Positions 10,461 through 23,327 of a stretch of DNA of 64,000 bases are shown piece after piece. Source of the DNA: Nemertoderma westbladi (Eukaryota; Animalia; Xenacoelomorpha); contig JAUCBJ010008458.1 in NCBI GenBank assembly GCA_032718475.1, positions 1 to 64,000 on the forward strand, written 5' to 3'. The notes under the pieces are model-generated. The model was not told where the DNA came from. It saw only the letters and a program-made list of their open reading frames with translations, and did not search any database. Numbering within the stretch: position 1 is the stretch's first letter; each line of letters opens with the position of its first letter. The position numbers were made by a program, and so were the translations under genes.

Positions 10461-13400
10461 GATTCTCCCATTCAAATATTCAATTCGGTACTGTACCCTC
10501 AATTCAATATTAGTATTATTTCTGTGCTTCGTTATTTAATAATGTGATTAGATAAAAAAATAAATTACTGAAATATAATTCATCTGTTAATTATTACAAA
10601 AAAAAATCCAACATTATATTAACATTTATATAGTTTTGAATTAAATGTTTCGAAATCAACAGTCATTCAATGAACTATACAGCAGTGTCATATATCGCGT
10701 ATCCCTTGGTTTAATCACTATTCTTTATTCAAGTATAACTGAATCCTGGCCCACCGCCTTCACCCCCCACTGATAATTTAAAATCGTAACTCATTCAATC
10801 TTTGACTAAATTATACCAAACTTGGTAAACATGTAATCTTTGTCTATCGGCTAAAATAAACACAACTTGCTAAAGTTTCCCCTATAATGTTTTTTCCTAT
10901 AGAACAGGATGCAGTTTTATTTTAGAAGTAAACAAGCTGTTCTTTGCGTCGATTTTCACCTGGAGAGGGAAGAATACCTACCTGCAGTTAAGTGAAAATA
11001 TTTCGGCACCATTTAATTTTATTATCACGGTCGCGCATCAAGTAGTCTGTCAAATCAAAACATAACAAAATTAAGTATAATAATTCTAAAAAAAAATATA
11101 AGGCATATTTTCCTAAAGTTAGCTCTTTAGTCTTTAGGTAGCAATCTTATACATTGACATATACATAAAATTGATGTTGAATAATTATTATTAAGATTAA
11201 AATATATTATTAGGAATTCGAAGAAAGCAAATTGTGTTGAGTTTAGTATTGGCAAGTTAATCTCACAAACCAGTCTAGTCTAACTTTACAGTAACCTTGT
11301 TCGCATTGTTCCAGGTTTAGGCCTATAGATTCCACTGTGTTCGTTCCAGGTTTAATACTGTAATAGACTCCGTTATCCATCTCGATCGCTTCGCTATGCA
11401 CCATCTTACTGGGTTTAATAAACTCCATCGCCTTCCTGTCGTTCTCTGTTTTGTAGATTACTTCGCCACCGTCTGATCGCTTTGGTTGCGTATTTAATAC
11501 TGTAATAGACTCCGTCGCCATCGTATCATTCTGGATACATTGAATAGACTCCATTGTCCATCGCGATTGTTTCATTGTTTACGTGTAATTGACTCCGTCG
11601 CCTCCTCGGATTAGGAATCCGGCCGGGTTTCGTAGATTCCGCCAGAATTCCGGCACCGGCACCACGATCAACGATTTCGGAAGTAACAAACTCCGTCAAC
11701 AACACTCGGGGTTTAAAAAATACAACTATCTGGCAACTTGTAACTGGGCGATCATCTATCTGATAATTGAAAAAGACTGTCTGACAGTTGGTATCAGACT
11801 ATCTGATAGTTAGCGCCCCAAGGGTAAATCCTTACCCCATGGGCTGTTACCTCTCTGACTGACAGCGCAACAGCCCCTCCTATAGTATATTGGAGTGCCT
11901 TTGTGGTGTGTTTGCTTCGCTTGTTATTGTATCTATAGTTCTTTAGGTGGAGATGCACTCAGTTGTATTACTCTATTGTCGTAAAGGTCAAACTGGTTAT
12001 AGCCAGCCCGAATGTTTGTAGGAGTAACAGTGCAGTTTATTGCTCGGTTATTAATTAACACATTTTCAGTAGATAATATTGGGTTGGATTTGTTGTATAT
12101 AAACCGATATTCTGGGTTTCATTTCTTCAGTAGCCTACGGAACCCCAGCCAAGCAGAAGGATGTTTTTTATTATTATTATTATTTTAGCAACATAGTTTG
12201 GGCAATTTATATTACGGTTGATTATGCGTTTATTATTATGCCTTAATTATATTATATTCACTATACTGTCATAATATTTTTACTGATTGTATCATCGTAT
12301 TGTAAACCATGATTACCTTAAGTACGTAAATATACAGAACTTTATATAATTGTTTTTATAACGTTATGTTTTTATAACTTTATTTTATTGCCACACCTTA
12401 TTTATTTTATCTACATCCCTACCACTCTGTCAGACACTGTCAGCTAACGGCCGTACCTTTGTTGTCGGCCGATCTCGCTGGCGCCTCTGTAGTCCCCCCA
12501 CGTCCCCATCCTAAACAAAGTGAGGCTCTATAAACCTTACCCTTCCCCCCCAACCCCCACAAAGAATCCTCTTAATTCACACCCCGCGATGTCGCGGGTT
12601 GTCGGTGTGTTTTAGCGCGCACAGAGTTTACCTCGTGTTTTTTCACAATGATAATTAGTTTGCACTGAATAATAAGCTATTTCACTTATGTAACTTGCTT
12701 TTTGGCAGGTAATTGTTATTACACGAACAACACTCACTTATTTCTAAAACATCTTATAAAGATGTATTGCGGTCCCTTACCGTGGCAACGCGGTCGGTGT
12801 GCCTCGCTACTTTACTTCATTCATTATTTATTTGATTCAGTAAATTCAATTATATTATGGGAAATGGGAAATTGTTACACAAGTTTACAAAGTTAATTTT
12901 ACCTACAATTATTTATTTTTCAGTTGTTTTGAGATTTTCGGTTTGGATACTTCACAGTAGTTTTAGGAAATATTAAAGTGGACAGCTAAACACAAGTAGT
13001 TATCATTTTACTTTAGTTTTTATAATAAAAAGCAATTCTAAAATGTTGACGGTGAGGTCTATTAGATAATTCAAATACTTTTAAGTATCAAATTTAATAA
13101 TTCTAGTTAATGATTAAAGTTAATGGGGGGGGGGGGGGGGGGGGGGTGGCTAGCACCCCCAAATGTAACCTCACATTTTGGTTTCTCTCGACCCTAAAAT
13201 TAGGTAAAAATTATTTTTTGTACTACTAAACATTGTCTGGATTGTTTAAGAATAGCCAAACCACATATTTTTAAAATTTTCCCCAAAATGGCTCTGTAAT
13301 GGCCAAAAGTACCTTTTTGCACCAATGGCTATATTTGTACCAAGATTTGTTGGAATTTGTCGAAATTTTGATTATAAGTTCAAAACACCCTTGCATCCAA

Positions 13401-14053
13401 TTTTTCATAAAGTTTTTAACTGAAAATGGACTTGTGCCATTTTAAAAAGGCCCAAAAATGGGCTCTTTGGGCTTTTTTTGTTGAAAAATGGCTCAAGGGT
13501 ATTTCCAGCCAAATTTGTTCAAATAAATCATTGTTGGATTATTTCACTGTTAAGTAGATATCTACAGTACCACGTAAAAAACTTTCTAAATATTATTTAG
13601 CGTATTTTACGTATTTTGCCTTGATTTTTAGTAGTCGTAATATGCCTATTTCCTACAATAGTTAAAATTTCACTGGGGTCTCCATTGGCGCAGTAGTCAG
13701 ATAGGTTAAGGCGTTGGTTACATTCTAGGTAGGTCAGGGGTTCGTATCTGGGTCGGGAAATTTGTATTTTGTGCTGTTAAATTTTCGGCTTCATTTAATT
13801 AGATAAGCCAATGGGGTGCGTACAACACATGGAACGATTAACTATATTATTACTGATTCACTATATTATTACTGATGGCACTCAACATTAGTTACATATA
13901 TTAATTTTATCAAGTTTATAACATAATTAAACAACATTATTCCATTGATACAATGAATAATAAATAATAATAATATAATTAGATTTAAATATTTTTTAGC
14001 ATATGTAGTTGAGTATTGAAAAATTGCAAACAACAACAAAAATATTGCAAAGT

Positions 14054-14338
14054 TTAAATGTTTACATAAGGTAGGGATGCATCATCCACCACACCAGCAC
14101 ATCGCCATACAGAGCGAGAGGACCTAAAGCAGGCACATGTTGCCCTTAAAGTGGCAAAAGAAAGCCTGGCTCTTACCCAGCCCATCACCCGCGGATATGA
14201 TTTGTCCCATTTCTCACTAAGAGATCTAGCAAGACGACGTAGGACTGTGGTGTACTCTCCACCCAGAACTCCATCCACTGTAGTAACCAGGGCTGAAAAA
14301 TCTGCCTGACGTTGACTGCATGCATTGGAGTACTTAGT
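14054..14338 (-). mobile_element. CRE-like non-LTR retrotransposon 3' fragment
   Basis: Reads KYSNACSQRQADFSALVTTVDGVLGGE...KWDKSYPRVMGWVRARLSFATLRATCACFRSSR. Confidence 0.7.
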
Positions 14339-16013
14339 ATTCTAAGATAGGTTGGGCCAATCTTAATAATTTAATAATCTTAATAACTTAATAATTAATT
14401 ACTCCAATGTGCGGCCATAGAATGTTATCGAATGTTCTAGATGATTCCATGGCTAGGATTTGCTATATAAGGGGCAGTTTGTCCTTCGGTTATCACTCGT
14501 CACTAGTTGATCACTAACTAATCACTTAGTTTATTATTCGTACTAATCATTTGTTAATCTCGTCACTAGCTCTCTTACTTTAGTTTAGTTCTTTTGTTAT
14601 TTTGTAAAGTCAAAGTTTGATAAATCTTTGTAATTACGTTAATATACTGCAAACTCTTGACCATGTAGTTTTAACGTATCCATCTTGAGACAGCCAAATG
14701 CTTCGGAGAATGGCTGCCTAAACCATTAGGCCTCAGCAACGCAAATGGGAAGAGATGTCCACGACGCATTAAGGACCCACATTATCTTCGCCCACGCCAA
14801 TTCGAAAGTATGACCTCTTGCCAGAAAGCGCCCACAGCAGAGGAAGGTAAGACTTTGTTTGACGCCCTTGCCCACATTAAGACCTTAGATCAGGGTAAAG
14901 CGTGACGCCATCCTGGGACGCTGTAAAATGTAGGATTAAATATCTCAGATTCAGACAGGAAAAACCCCGGTAAACCTGTATCTCCTGCAGGTGCGAGCTG
15001 TTGCCATTCGTTAGTACGCGCAAGTACACCTTAGGTGCGGATAGCACATGCTCTATAATTTGGTGCTTTGCAGTACTGTGGTGCCACAAAAGGATCTAAC
15101 AGACTTCTGCGCTTCTTAGCAACTGACTTATACCGGTACTGATAATTCAGTAATGATACTGCACTGTTGTCTGTTAGTCAGTAGATTTTTGTAACATTAT
15201 ATTATATTATTTGTGTGCAAGGATTTTTTATGTTGGATTATCCTCGCCCCACAGTACTGACAGTACAGTACCGGTTAGCTTTGTAGGCCTTATAGTTTGA
15301 CTGCCCTGTCTGATTCCAAAATATTCGATCAGGCAAGAGGCAGCTTTCTGCTACCAGCACGAGCACAATGTTTGGCTTATGGAGGTTTACTAACATCCTA
15401 CCGCGCCCTTGCCACGTACTGATAGGTATTTACTGCTAACCACCGCAGTAACAAAGTTCTAGAATAAATTGTATACCTGATCAGCTAACATACGGTAGTA
15501 AATTAACACCTATTCTCTTATCTCACAATCACAATCTCGTATTAGTGCCGATTATGGGTGTAGTTACTAACACCGTATTTTCCTGGTTGAATTGTGAATG
15601 AAGGAGGAGAGAGCGCCAGCCCTTTTGACGTCAGTTTGTAAGTATTGCGCCTACAGCGTGCGACTAGAGAAATGTGTCTGACAATGATAAGAAATTTTAA
15701 ACATGAGCCATAGAGTGAGCCATATTTAAGAATAGTATAAAGTCATTATATATTTAACAAATTTTATCATCTGATAAACAAAATCATGACATTGATCGGT
15801 ACATTGACTATGCAATTATTGTTATCGGTACATTGACTATGCAATTATTGTTATGTATTTATCAAATAATATTATCAAGGCAAGGATGCTATTTAATTAC
15901 ACAGAACTGATATATACAATATATCACTAAGTGGCAATTCTTTATCAGGAAATGGCATACGCCAACGGTAGTTTCCTTTTGTGATGGAAACAGAAGAAAC
16001 AGTGGTGCCTCTT

Positions 16014-16543
16014 CTAAAGAAACCCTCTCCATATCCACGACTGCTGCATGGTGTATGTATGGTAAGCATCATCGATCAATTCGAGCTGAGTCAGAGTCAC
16101 AGTTTCAGTATCCTTCCTCGTCTTTGCAATTAGTACCCACAAGTTTCTATAAGTCAAATATATACAGTTTCCTTTTCTAGGAGTAATTTCTTTAGATTTT
16201 ATCAAGTTTGGTATTGAATACTGTGCAGTGCAGCTACCTTCGACCTCATATGTTTGTTAACTGTCTCTTGTAATATTAAGTCTATTCTCTTAGAATTTAT
16301 TCCACGTTTTAATTCAGACATATAAATTTCAAACTTGAAACAGGTCCAAGAATCTAGAGGGCCATAGCGGGATGCAAATTCAGTTATATGAATCAACATA
16401 TGTACATTAAATGTGTAGCCAGCTTTAGTGTAGAGGTTACCAATTTCGCTGTGAAATTGTAACAGTAGGCGCTCAGAAAAATCTCTATATTCAGATTGCA
16501 CAACAAGTTCTTTTGAGACAAGAATTCTTAGAGCAACATGTAG
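16014..16543 (-). mobile_element. CACTA/EnSpm-like transposase fragment
   Basis: TFNVHMLIHITEFASRYGPLDSWTCFKFEIYMSELKR matches the NVHxLxH...GPL...FxFE motif of this family. Confidence 0.7.
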
Positions 16544-16579
16544 GCTACATGTTGATCTAAGAATTCTTGTCTCAAAAGA

Positions 16580-17289
16580 CTGGACAGACTGTTGAGGTTC
16601 TGATTAAGGACATGGGGGGTGGTTGGTGACTCGCCCTCGCTTCAGCAGATGATAGTGGCAATGGTGGAATTGGTCTATTGATGAATACAACTGCACATGC
16701 AGCATTGGACAAAATAGACCAAATCTCTAACCGCATCATCCGTTGCCATTTCTCATGTTCTGGAAGACTGGCTAAGAAGTTTCCTAAGGTGGTTCTGATT
16801 GTGTGCTACTCTCCAACTAGTGTTGCCCCTGTAGAGGAGGTGGAAAATTTCTACCACAATCTACAAGCAGCTACTGATGGAGTGGATCAGCATGCATTCT
16901 TAACATTCCTGGGAGACTTTAATGCAAGTCTGCATCAATCACCTACATCGCCCTGGGTCTATAGCAATAGTGTCAACCGAAATTCCGTCCATCTTCAGGA
17001 TTTTATCTCTGGAAATGGATTGTTTTCGGCTGGAACCCAGTTCAAGAAGCGAACTGGAAAGCTATGGACTCATAGTGGACCCAGTGGTCACAAGTCCCAG
17101 ATAGACCATATTCTGTTTTGTAGGAAATACAGGAGCTCTATACAAGACTGTAATGCATTTACACTTCGACCCTTCTCCAGTGATCACCGCCTTATTGTGG
17201 CCAAGATAAGACTTAGTCTGCGTGCTAGCAGAACAACGAAATCTGCCTTGCCGCGGCATGACTGGTCCTCTCTGTTGCAACAGCCAAGT
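16580..17289 (+). mobile_element. RTE-like LINE, 5' part (apurinic-like endonuclease), interrupted by a BEL insertion
   Basis: ORF 16678-17319 carries CYSPT, LGDFNA, SQIDHIL and SDHRLI. Confidence 0.88.
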
Positions 17290-17648
17290 TGTCACGAACC
17301 CATAGTGGTTCCGATATAAAAACATTTCAGCAGTTTCAGTATTTAGATATCTCAATTCTGCATTCTAAATTTAGTAGTAATAAGGACCGTGGTACATAAA
17401 AATAATAGCACTACTGCACTACATCAATCTACACCAATCACTGATAACAATATGACAGTACACAGTACTGCAGTATAGCAGTCTGATAGCAACAATAAAA
17501 AAGGGTACAGTAGTAATAATATATTAACACAACCTAATACATCTATCAAAATATAAAGATACTTTCCGACACGAAATAACCCCCCAACACCAAATGTAAT
17601 CTACTAAAATCGTGAATAAGATTAAGTACTTTTATTGAGTTCACGACA
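17290..17648 (-). repeat. 3' LTR of the deleted BEL element
   Basis: Near-identical direct repeat of 21725-22083, with the PPT adjacent. Confidence 0.95.
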
Positions 17649-20057
17649 TTCCCCACCACAGAAGGAGAACAATATATCTGATTGTAACAAATCTCTAATA
17701 CGTTTCTTACATTTAATTGCTGATTCCCTCACTGGTCTATTTGCAATATGTTTGTTACCATCCGAATCGCTTTGATTCTTTTCATTGCTCTTGTTTCGTT
17801 TATCTTCAATTGTGAGTTCCAATGGATATAATAAGCTTATGGGTCGAGTTAGTATTTTCTTTTTGGGGGTCATCACCTGTACAGAACGGATTTCACCATC
17901 TTTACTGTGATTAAGTTCATGAATAATCACAGTTTTCCAGAAACACCTGGAAGTTCCATCTTGTTTTAGTAATACCACTTCTCCAATTGAAGGAATGCTA
18001 CGAATATTAATCTTCTTGTGTTTATGATCGTATATAGTATTTCTCTCCATCAACATATCCAGATAATCTCTATTCCATCGCGACCAAAAGTCATTTAATA
18101 TTTCGTTTTGTTTCTTAAAACTTGTCCTAACTTCCATCACACTTGAGTCTTTCGGTAGATAATCAGTATCATCATCATCATTATGATCTTCAAATAGTTG
18201 AATAAATTTAGTATGTCCTGGAATTAGTAGATCATTTGGAGTAATTACCCTCTTATCATCAATTTCACTAGATATGTAAGTCAAAGGTCTACTGTTGATC
18301 ATATATTCAATTTGACACAATATAGTTTGTAATTGATGAACATATAAAAGTTTCCTTCCTATACTCTTTCTCATAACTGTCTTTACAACTCCAACAAGCC
18401 TTTCATATATTCCACCTTGCCAAGGTGATAGTTCTGGGATGTTCTTCCATTTAATTCTCCGCTTTGTAAGATATCCGGAAAGATCATCGTCTAACATTAA
18501 TTTATCCCAGAAATCATTAAGGACAAGATCAGCTAGAAGGAATTGAGATGCATTGTCAGATAGGATACTTTTAGGATATCCTCTTCGTGAACAGAATCGT
18601 TGAAGGGCTAAAAGGAATTCTATAGCAGACATATCAGGTACCAATTCTAAGTGAATAGCTCTTGTAACCAAGCAGGTATACAAGCATACCCATACCTTGT
18701 CCTTTTCCCCATCTGTTTTATAGCTCTTGGTAAATATATGCCCAAAATAATCTAAGGCAGTCATACTAAAGGGAGGTTTGTAACCCTCCATTCGCTCATC
18801 CGGTAAACGACTAAATACAGGTAGTCTATAGGGACCATTTCCATAATGTTTACATACATAACATGATTTCAATATCTGACGTACTAAGGAGCGTCCTTGT
18901 GGAATCCAATATCTTTTCCGGAGTTCACTTAGAGTATGATTAACTCGTCCATGCATTATCAATTCATGTGTCTCCAGAATAATCAGTTTTGTCACATAAT
19001 CGGATTTTGCCAACAATAGTGGAAAATTGCTTTCTAAGCAACCCTCTGTGAAAGGAAAACGTCCGGAACATCTAAGCATTTTGTTTTTATCAATAAATAT
19101 GCCTAGTTGATTAACCAAAGTGTTTGATTTCTTAGTAATAATATCTTCTATTACATCTTTATAATGTATTCTCTGCATTGTTTTTATCCATAATGCCTCA
19201 GCAATAACAACTTCACTGGTATGAATATTTCTATCTAGTGTAATATGGTTAAACATATTTCTAATTTTAACATTGTTCTTCATCCTTTTTGCTATAAAAC
19301 GCAATGCAAAAGCTGTAACATGCAATAATTGAATGTATGATGAGTATCTGGTAGGATCCATATCTAATGGATATGAGGTTGACAATGCAAATACGTTATG
19401 TATTGAAGTAATATCGGCATGTTCTATTGATATTGCAATTTCAACTTCTTTCTTAATAGGGTTCATACATAATTTTGGCCAAAATGATTCATTCTTAACG
19501 ATCCAGTTGGGACCATTCCACCAAAACTTCATGTTACACAGAGCCTCTGATGTTACACCACGTGTTAATAATAGATCAGCGGGGTTCTGATCAGTTGGTA
19601 CATACTGATAAATTACAGCGGGTAATTTCTTTATTTCTTTAACTCTGTTCGAAACAAATATTTTCATTGGTTTCGTAGATTGCACCCAGTGCAAAGCACA
19701 TTGTGAGTCAGAATACAAATAAATATCAGTGAATCCAAGGTTGGAATGTTTTATCACAAATTGTAAGCATTTAATACCAGTTTCAATTGCTACTAATTCC
19801 AGTCTAGGAGTTGATACTTTGACCTTACCATCTCCAGTAGCCTTTACCTTTGGCAATGGCGCCAAACGCGATTTTGCATAAAGTAAATTAGTTTCAATAG
19901 TTTTGTTACTACACCTTCTAACATAAATTGCTGTCCCATATGCTAAATTTGATGCATCTGTAAAGGAAATCAATTGATATCGTATATCTTTAACTATATC
20001 TTTATCATCACTAAAAATTCTTCGTGGAAATTTGAATCCTACACTTTTCATTGCCAT
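17622..20057 (-). CDS. BEL pol remnant: RNase H and integrase
   Basis: FTDASNLAYG, PRLEL, YSDSQ, NPADL, HHCC zinc finger, LDYFG, SDNASQF, YERLVG. Confidence 0.9.
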   Translation of the reverse strand: MAMKSVGFKFPRRIFSDDKDIVKDIRYQLISFTDASNLAYGTAIYVRRCSNKTIETNLLYAKSRLAPLPKVKATGDGKVKVSTPRLELVAIETGIKCLQFVIKHSNLGFTDIYLYSDSQCALHWVQSTKPMKIFVSNRVKEIKKLPAVIYQYVPTDQNPADLLLTRGVTSEALCNMKFWWNGPNWIVKNESFWPKLCMNPIKKEVEIAISIEHADITSIHNVFALSTSYPLDMDPTRYSSYIQLLHVTAFALRFIAKRMKNNVKIRNMFNHITLDRNIHTSEVVIAEALWIKTMQRIHYKDVIEDIITKKSNTLVNQLGIFIDKNKMLRCSGRFPFTEGCLESNFPLLLAKSDYVTKLIILETHELIMHGRVNHTLSELRKRYWIPQGRSLVRQILKSCYVCKHYGNGPYRLPVFSRLPDERMEGYKPPFSMTALDYFGHIFTKSYKTDGEKDKVWVCLYTCLVTRAIHLELVPDMSAIEFLLALQRFCSRRGYPKSILSDNASQFLLADLVLNDFWDKLMLDDDLSGYLTKRRIKWKNIPELSPWQGGIYERLVGVVKTVMRKSIGRKLLYVHQLQTILCQIEYMINSRPLTYISSEIDDKRVITPNDLLIPGHTKFIQLFEDHNDDDDTDYLPKDSSVMEVRTSFKKQNEILNDFWSRWNRDYLDMLMERNTIYDHKHKKINIRSIPSIGEVVLLKQDGTSRCFWKTVIIHELNHSKDGEIRSVQVMTPKKKILTRPISLLYPLELTIEDKRNKSNEKNQSDSDGNKHIANRPVRESAIKCKKRIRDLLQSDILFSFCGGECRELNKST

Positions 20058-20227
20058 GACACAATTTTTCCATTCTTCTTGATACTCAGATGGTAGTACC
20101 TTATCCCAATAATCATTTTCTTCCTAAGGTCCATGATTTCTGAAATAATAATTTTCCCATTAAGGACGAAGGTGACCATAGGCCAAGTGGATCAAAAAAA
20201 CTAGCTACCATATTTATCAATTTTCGT

Positions 20228-21244
20228 TTAGTATTTATCTAAACATTCAAATAAATCAACCAAAATCCATGGTTCATCCACTTTGTGATCCTTCCAAAGT
20301 TCAATTTTTACACAGTCAGGCAATTTTGCTTGGAATTCCGCTGCTACTAAATCACTTGTATACAAATTATCACCTAAAACATTCAATTGGCGGAATATCC
20401 TCTGTGCTGTGTCTACCATAATTCTAATTGCGGACACTCTTTTACTTGATAGTTTCAATAACCCCCACTCTTTATATAGTGCCGTTTTTTGTAATGTTTT
20501 GCTTCCATACCTTTTATTCAATAATTCAATAGCTTCAATATAGCTTTCTTCATTTAAAGCAAAACCCATTACAACATTGGCTGCACTCCCAGTCAGAGAA
20601 CTTTTCAAATATGAAAATTTCTGTATATTAGAGAGATCAGTTCTGGAACCCACGCATGATTCAAACATTGCCCAATAATCAACCCATTTGTTGATATCAA
20701 CACCCGAAAATTTCGGTAAATCTAATTTAGGCAAGCGAGCATTATGATCTCTACTAAAACTATGTCCATGTCTATCTGCGGGTGGTCTCTGACTCGTACC
20801 ATAAAATACATTACCACTGGCATTGGGGATTTCAACAGGTGTTTGTGATGCAAATGACTGATTTCTGTCAATTGTGCTTAATCTGGCAGTTAAGCTATCT
20901 ATACAATCTTGACCAATTGCTACTATATCTAAATAGCCTTTATCACCCAAAGCAGTTTGTTCATAAATTACGTGTTCATTGTCTGCTTTGGGTAAATCGT
21001 CAAGTAGTTCTAAGAAATCGGTATCATATTGCTGCAGTTGTCCAATCTGTCTTTCAATTTTATTATTTAATTTGAGTATATCTTCTCTTAACACATTATA
21101 CTCATCTATAGTTAGGCCTGATCTGATGCGAATGTCTAGAACAGTTGAACATTCATTAACGTTTTTAATCAAACGTTGTTTTAATGGGCCAATTAATTGT
21201 CTTATTTTCCCAGACATTTTTTCACAATTAACAATTTCGGTCAA
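20228..21244 (-). CDS. BEL gag, N-terminal part (truncated)
   Basis: RLPKLDLPKFSG..KFSYLKSSLTGSA..Y..AIELLNKRYG. The zinc knuckles are missing. Confidence 0.85.
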   Translation of the reverse strand: MTEIVNCEKMSGKIRQLIGPLKQRLIKNVNECSTVLDIRIRSGLTIDEYNVLREDILKLNNKIERQIGQLQQYDTDFLELLDDLPKADNEHVIYEQTALGDKGYLDIVAIGQDCIDSLTARLSTIDRNQSFASQTPVEIPNASGNVFYGTSQRPPADRHGHSFSRDHNARLPKLDLPKFSGVDINKWVDYWAMFESCVGSRTDLSNIQKFSYLKSSLTGSAANVVMGFALNEESYIEAIELLNKRYGSKTLQKTALYKEWGLLKLSSKRVSAIRIMVDTAQRIFRQLNVLGDNLYTSDLVAAEFQAKLPDCVKIELWKDHKVDEPWILVDLFECLDKY

Positions 21245-21724
21245 GTTCAGTTGATAGCAGCCAGTAAACGTTCAGTAGATGTACCGGTACCGGTAGTGGT
21301 AGGCCTAAGCAGGTAGGCAATAATAATATTAATACTATCATCACTCAGTCACTTTACTCACCATTTCCAAATTGCATTTGAATTGCATTATCAATATTAA
21401 ATAACAGAAATAACATGAGGCCTACTGCATTAGGCTGCTTCTTCTAGGGCTAGTTAAGCCGTCTTTATTTATCCATTTCAATTATATCTGACTGTCAGCC
21501 ATATTGTGTCATCATATCAGGCATATTAGCCTATATCTGCAGTATATGACAGTAGGTACATTACCGGTTACCAGTGACCACCAGATTGGTATTCATTAAT
21601 GTTATTATCATGGGTAGGTACCGGCAGTTGGCGATTTTTAAATTCGGAACTGCTGAACTGTCTGACTGTTTGTACCTTGCAGTTTGCAGGTCTGTCCTGG
21701 ATTTCAAAATTTGTCACCGCACCA

Positions 21725-22083
21725 TGTCACGAACCCATAGTGGTTCGGATATAAAAAAATTTCAGCAGTTTCAGTATTTAGATATCTCAATTCTGCATTC
21801 TAAATTTAGTAGTAATAAGGACCGTGGTACATAAAAATAATAGCACTACTGCACTACATCAATCTACACCAATCACTGATAACAATATGACAGTACACAG
21901 TACTGCAGTATAGCAGTCTGATAGCAACAATAAAAAAGGGTACAGTAGTAATAATATATCAACACAACCTAATACATCTATCAAAATATAAAGATACTTT
22001 CCGACACGAAATAACCCCCCAACACCAAATGTAATCTACTAAAATCGTGAATAAGATTAAGTACTTTTATTGAGTTCACGACA
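21725..22083 (-). repeat. 5' LTR of the deleted BEL element
   Basis: Direct repeat of 17290-17648, with the PBS immediately internal. Confidence 0.95.
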
Positions 22084-23230
22084 CAAGTGTGAGATCCAGC
22101 TTCACACTACAGCTGAGCACAGGTATGAGGTTCTTGCCTCTGAGGCGGCAGATCACTGTGAGGGCTATACTGCCTTCACAGAGGCAGTTAAGTTAGCAGC
22201 TGCAGAAACAGTTCCTGTATACCCTCGAAACAGGAAACGGACCCCCTGGACTTACAACAAAATTCAGAAGTGCCGAAATGACCTCTACAAGGCGCAGGAA
22301 GAGTCCCGACTCAAACAGACTACAGCGGCCAAGAATGCGGTTAAGGCTGCATCTAGGTCCCTGAACAGGCAGTACTCTGTTAATTTACAGGAGCTAATAA
22401 ACCAACAGGTTGATGCCATCAATGATGCTGACGACAGCAGGCAATCATCCCAGGCATGGAGATCGATCAACTTGATGCTGGTCGAAAAAGCCAACCAACC
22501 ACCAAGGTTAAGGCTGAATCACCAGCCGATCGCCTCAATGGATGGAAGGCCCACTTTGAAAAGCTCCTCAATAATGACAAGGTATTGCCTGATAACTTTA
22601 TAGAAGTAAAAGTGTCTGAGTCTGTACTCCCAGACATTCCCATTGGTGATATCTCCTTTGCAGAAGTGTACGCAGCTGCATAGAGCATTAAGACCAATCG
22701 TGCCAGTGGAGTAGATGGGGTTCCCCCTGAGGTCTTTAAAATACCTGAGTGTTTAAAGCTCATCTATCCCATCATAGTAGACATGTACCGAACAATAAGA
22801 GTCCCACAAGAAATGAAAACAAAAAAGTTGGTGCCAGTTCCCAAGAAGGGCAACCTAACAATCTATGGTTCTTTTCGGGGAATCTCGTTGATCTCGATTG
22901 CTGCAAAGCTATACAATAGAATCCTATTAAATCGCATCAGGGATCCCATTGAGAGACTGCTCCATGGAAATCAGAATGGGTTCCGTAAAGGTCGTGGGAC
23001 CATGGAGCCCATTTTGGCACTTAGAAGGATAATTGAAGAGTTATCAAAAAAGAAAGACAGGCATCTGGCTGTTATGTTTTTTTACTTCTTCAAGGCCTTT
23101 GATTTAGTCTCTCGCTCACGTATGTTCAGCATACTTTCATTATATGGGATTCCTGATGAAATTATTGCAGCAATCAGATCAGTATACGATGGTTCGACAA
23201 CATTTGTGTCTACTGTTGACGGTGACACAG
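22084..23230 (+). mobile_element. RTE-like LINE, continuation after the BEL insertion (linker and N-terminal RT), 3'-truncated
   Basis: VPKKGNL..RGISLISIAAKLYNRILL..QNGFRKGRG..KAFD. It joins 17289 across the TSD. Confidence 0.88.
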
Positions 23231-23327
23231 TGACACTTAATCAATTAATCGATAGACCCTTATACAGTATGCACTTATTTATCTCTATATCTATTTATTT
23301 TATAGACTCTTTTTTATCTAATTTCAG

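Larger units (their letters stand above)
17290..22083 (-). mobile_element. BEL/Pao LTR retrotransposon, internally deleted (no protease or RT)
   Basis: 359-bp TG..CA LTRs, a 5-bp TSD CAAGT (17285-17289 and 22084-22088), PBS TGGTGCGGTGAC (tRNA-His-like) and PPT GTGGTGGGGAA. Retains partial gag and RNase H-integrase. Confidence 0.95.

Noticed and set aside
11243-11575. 110-aa ORF
   Set aside because: No recognisable motif or splice context, and it is internally repetitive.
14336-14648. Solo LTR-like segment (TATA box, AGTAT...ATACT ends)
   Set aside because: No TG..CA termini, no TSD and no second copy in the window.
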